From a virus, in IMG/VR virus record IMGVR_UViG_3300045988_183134, positions 32,001 to 96,000 of that record: 64,000 bases of DNA. One strand, written 5' to 3'. The position numbers and the translations under genes are program-made. Below, piece after piece: positions 61,821-64,000 of this stretch. The first letter of the stretch is position 1. Each line of letters starts with the position of its first letter. The notes beneath the pieces were generated by a model, which did not search any database, was not told where the DNA came from, and saw nothing but the letters and a program-made list of their open reading frames with translations.

Positions 61821-61960
61821 TTGACGCCGCTTGCGAACGGCATAAACTTTTAGTTGTACGATAGATATCATCTACCAGGCGCGTTTTGCGTTCGTACAAT
61901 TCACAGTCTCGCACATTGAAGGCAGATTCACTTTCGGGTGAGTCTGCCTTTTTTTGTTTG
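61821..61960 (+). repeat. module copy 19; right copy of the direct repeat
   Basis: TTGACG-ccgct-TGCGAA-cggca-TAAACT. Near-identical to 60711-60850. Confidence 0.75.
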
Positions 61961-61988
61961 CGCGAACACAAGAAAGGAATTAACAACA

Positions 61989-62210
61989 ATGATTGCAAAC
62001 CTAAAAATCGGTCCGTGCCCTAAGTGTGGAAGCACTACGTTCCATGCGACAGCACACGTCACTCAGACCTGGCTTGTTGATGAGGACGGCGAGTTCATCA
62101 AGGCCGAGACCAACTGCGATGAGGTAACTCATTCTCCCGACACTGAGGACTTGTTTGAGTGCTCTAAATGCGGGGCTGAGGTTCCAGCAAAGTATGTGTA
62201 CAGCGAATGA
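61989..62210 (+). CDS. small zinc-ribbon protein
   Basis: CPKCGS...CSKCGA. SD GAAAGGA before ATG61989. Confidence 0.65.
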   Translation: MIANLKIGPCPKCGSTTFHATAHVTQTWLVDEDGEFIKAETNCDEVTHSPDTEDLFECSKCGAEVPAKYVYSE

Positions 62211-62305
62211 TTCCGCGACTACTTTTGCAAAACTATTCGTACATACCATCGTTAAAAAACAGGCATGACCTAACGATTTGTTAGGGTACTATTGGAGGAA
62301 ATACT

Positions 62306-63067
62306 ATGAACAACCGTGTACCTGAAGTCTTTTTGTCCGAGATGTTCGGTGAATTGCGCATTATGAAGGATGACAACAAATTCTATTTTTGTGCCGCAGA
62401 TGTTTGCTCGGCCTTGGGCTATTCAAACCCAAGCCATGAGCTGAACATACATTGCCGCCATGATGGCATCAAGGCTGGCAGGACGGATGTGAACGGCGTT
62501 CCCCGCATCATCAAGTTCATCTCAGAAGGTAACGTGTATCGCCTCATTTGCCGCTCCAACAAACCCGAAGCGGAAAAGTTTGAGACCTGGGTTTTTGACG
62601 AACTCTTGCCCCGGATTCGCCAGACCGGCGGTTATGTGAATGACCCAGTAGTCTTTGTCGATAATTGGCTTCCGAACACGGACGCCAAAACTAAGGCTTT
62701 GCTTGTCACTTCTCTGGAAGCTGTCAAGAATCAGGACAACATTATCGGCGTGCAGCAAGAGAGCGTCGAGTTCCACCGCGCGGTGAGTGCATCTGTGAAC
62801 AGCGTTGATTTCGGCGAGTTTGCAAAGTGCCTTGCCAACGACCATATCAACATCGGCCGCAATCGTCTGATGGCGTGGCTGCGCAAAGAAAAATATATTG
62901 ACTCTGCAAATGTTGCTTACCAGCGCTACATCGAGCAGGGAATTTTTGAGGTCAAAGAAACGGTATACTATGTTGGCACCACTTACCATACTTCTCGAAA
63001 GACCCTGATTACTCCCAAGGGCCAGGTGTATTTGGCCAAAAAAGTATCCAAAGGATACAAAGGTTAA
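62306..63067 (+). CDS. phage antirepressor (Bro-N plus KilAC domains)
   Basis: FGELRIMKDDNKFYFCAADVCSALGY...NVYRLICRSNKPEAEKFETWVFDELLPRIRQTGGY is the Bro-N part. The C-terminal EFAKCLA...IGRNRLMAWLRKEKYI is the KilAC part. Confidence 0.85.
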   Translation: MNNRVPEVFLSEMFGELRIMKDDNKFYFCAADVCSALGYSNPSHELNIHCRHDGIKAGRTDVNGVPRIIKFISEGNVYRLICRSNKPEAEKFETWVFDELLPRIRQTGGYVNDPVVFVDNWLPNTDAKTKALLVTSLEAVKNQDNIIGVQQESVEFHRAVSASVNSVDFGEFAKCLANDHINIGRNRLMAWLRKEKYIDSANVAYQRYIEQGIFEVKETVYYVGTTYHTSRKTLITPKGQVYLAKKVSKGYKG

Positions 63068-63073
63068 TTTTGC

Positions 63074-63192
63074 TTGACCGCGCTTGCGGAATGAATAAAA
63101 TCAGTCTTGTACGATGGATACCAGCAAATCCATAGTTATTCACAACCTGTAGCAGAAAGCAGACTCATCTTCGGATGGGCCTGCTTTTTTTG
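63074..63192 (+). promoter_or_regulatory. module copy 20 (variant leader)
   Basis: TTGACC-gcgct-TGCGGA-atgaa-TAAAAT. Leader TTGTACGATGGATACC..ATCCAT (compensated P2). Hairpin GCAGACTCATC-ttcg-GATGGGCCTGC followed by T7. Confidence 0.7.
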
Positions 63193-63220
63193 TTTACATG
63201 AAAAAGAAAGGAACGATTTC

Positions 63221-63685
63221 ATGAATTTTAACCCTAATAACCAGAACACTCTTCTTACAAAGAAAGTCGCAGCACTATACGAAGCAATGCAGAAGGCTGG
63301 TGATAGTGGTCTCGCCTTTATGGTCGTTGACAGTCTCAATAGTCTTGCAAATTATGCCAGGTTTTTGGCTGAACAAGAAATCTTAATTCAGCAAGCTCGT
63401 ATCACGATGGATGCTGCAAGCTACCTCATTTTTTATCACAGCGTCGATTCTGCCCGTACCAGTTTGCTCGAAAACGCGGCTGCCAATGTCGCTTTACTCA
63501 ACCGGCTGTGCAAGAAATACAACACAGACCAGATTGCTGGAAATGTGGCAGACGCAATTGAAGCCGAAATGAACTCCGGCAACATGTATTCTCTTGCTAA
63601 TTCCCCGGCCTACACTGCATTCGCCAAAGAGGTTCTCAACACCTATTATACGACCGGTTCAGCCGGAAGCATCTGTAACAAGTAA
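63221..63685 (+). CDS. hypothetical protein, paralog of the next gene
   Basis: SD GAAAGGAA before ATG63221, inside track ORF 63107..63685. Confidence 0.7.
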   Translation: MNFNPNNQNTLLTKKVAALYEAMQKAGDSGLAFMVVDSLNSLANYARFLAEQEILIQQARITMDAASYLIFYHSVDSARTSLLENAAANVALLNRLCKKYNTDQIAGNVADAIEAEMNSGNMYSLANSPAYTAFAKEVLNTYYTTGSAGSICNK

Positions 63686-63771
63686 ATCAATCCAAGCCCT
63701 TTACGGGGTCCACATTGCGGTGGAGGCAAAAGCCAAGAGCCGCACGATGACCCCGCGTTAAGGGGAGACGT

Positions 63772-64000
63772 ATGAGTATCAATCTGAATAGCCGCAACAA
63801 CACCCTCTGCTGCAAGGTCAACGACCTGTACACCGCCCTCATGGCCTCTGAACTGCTGAACGACTGCGTTGATGACGTTGTCGTGATGCTCAAAACCTGT
63901 GTTGATTACGTCAACATAGTGTCGAGTCAGGAAGTCCAGATACAGCACGCGCGTTTCACGATGGACGGTGAGGAGTTTCGACAGTACGTCATGGAACTCG
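63772..64000 (+). CDS. hypothetical protein, 3'-partial, paralog of 63221..63685
   Basis: SD AAGGGGAG before ATG63772. The frame is open to the window end. Shared N...L..KV..LY.A...Q.(I/V).IQ.AR.TMD pattern. Confidence 0.6.
   Translation, partial: MSINLNSRNNTLCCKVNDLYTALMASELLNDCVDDVVVMLKTCVDYVNIVSSQEVQIQHARFTMDGEEFRQYVMEL

Overview
By-eye reading with no tools; domain calls rest on remembered family motifs. The window looks like an early or accessory region of a large dsDNA phage, or phage-like element, of a Gram-positive (probably clostridial) host. It holds about 98 short, tightly packed ORFs, and all but one are on the + strand. AGGAGG-type SD sites and rho-independent terminators are common. 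There are 17 tRNA genes in arrays at 10.0-11.5, 13.0-13.7 and 14.3-14.9 kb.

Recognisable genes:
- NAD-dependent DNA ligase
- radical-SAM plus ATP-grasp pair
- AAA+ ATPase plus PD-(D/E)xK nuclease pair
- three tandem multi-HTH repeat proteins
- XRE regulator, ASCH, YopX, Bro-N/KilAC antirepressor
- DUF3990/DUF3791 and DUF262
- GNAT plus zeta-like kinase
- HAD deoxynucleotidase, esterase, GHKL ATPase
- an intact IscB (OMEGA) nuclease with a structured upstream region

Most remaining genes are small acidic hypotheticals, and many fall into paralog families.

The main unexplained signal is a ~120-140 nt intergenic module present in about 20 copies between 18 and 63 kb. Its fixed order is:
1. A promoter of fixed geometry, TTGNNN-N5-TGCGAA-N5-TAnAAT.
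2. A conserved leader, TTGTACGATAGATACC...CGTACAATTCACAAT, with covarying helices.
3. A GC-rich hairpin followed by a T-run that looks like an intrinsic terminator.
4. An SD and start codon.

I interpret this as a candidate phage-wide attenuation, antitermination or RNA-processing system, or an sRNA family.

Other notable points:
- Several phage tRNAs have non-canonical anticodon loops.
- The tRNA operon contains long GC-rich structured spacers.
- One ORF has two in-frame TAG codons.
- One gene carries a poly-A frameshift.
- A GNAT module is flanked by near-identical copies of the regulatory module.
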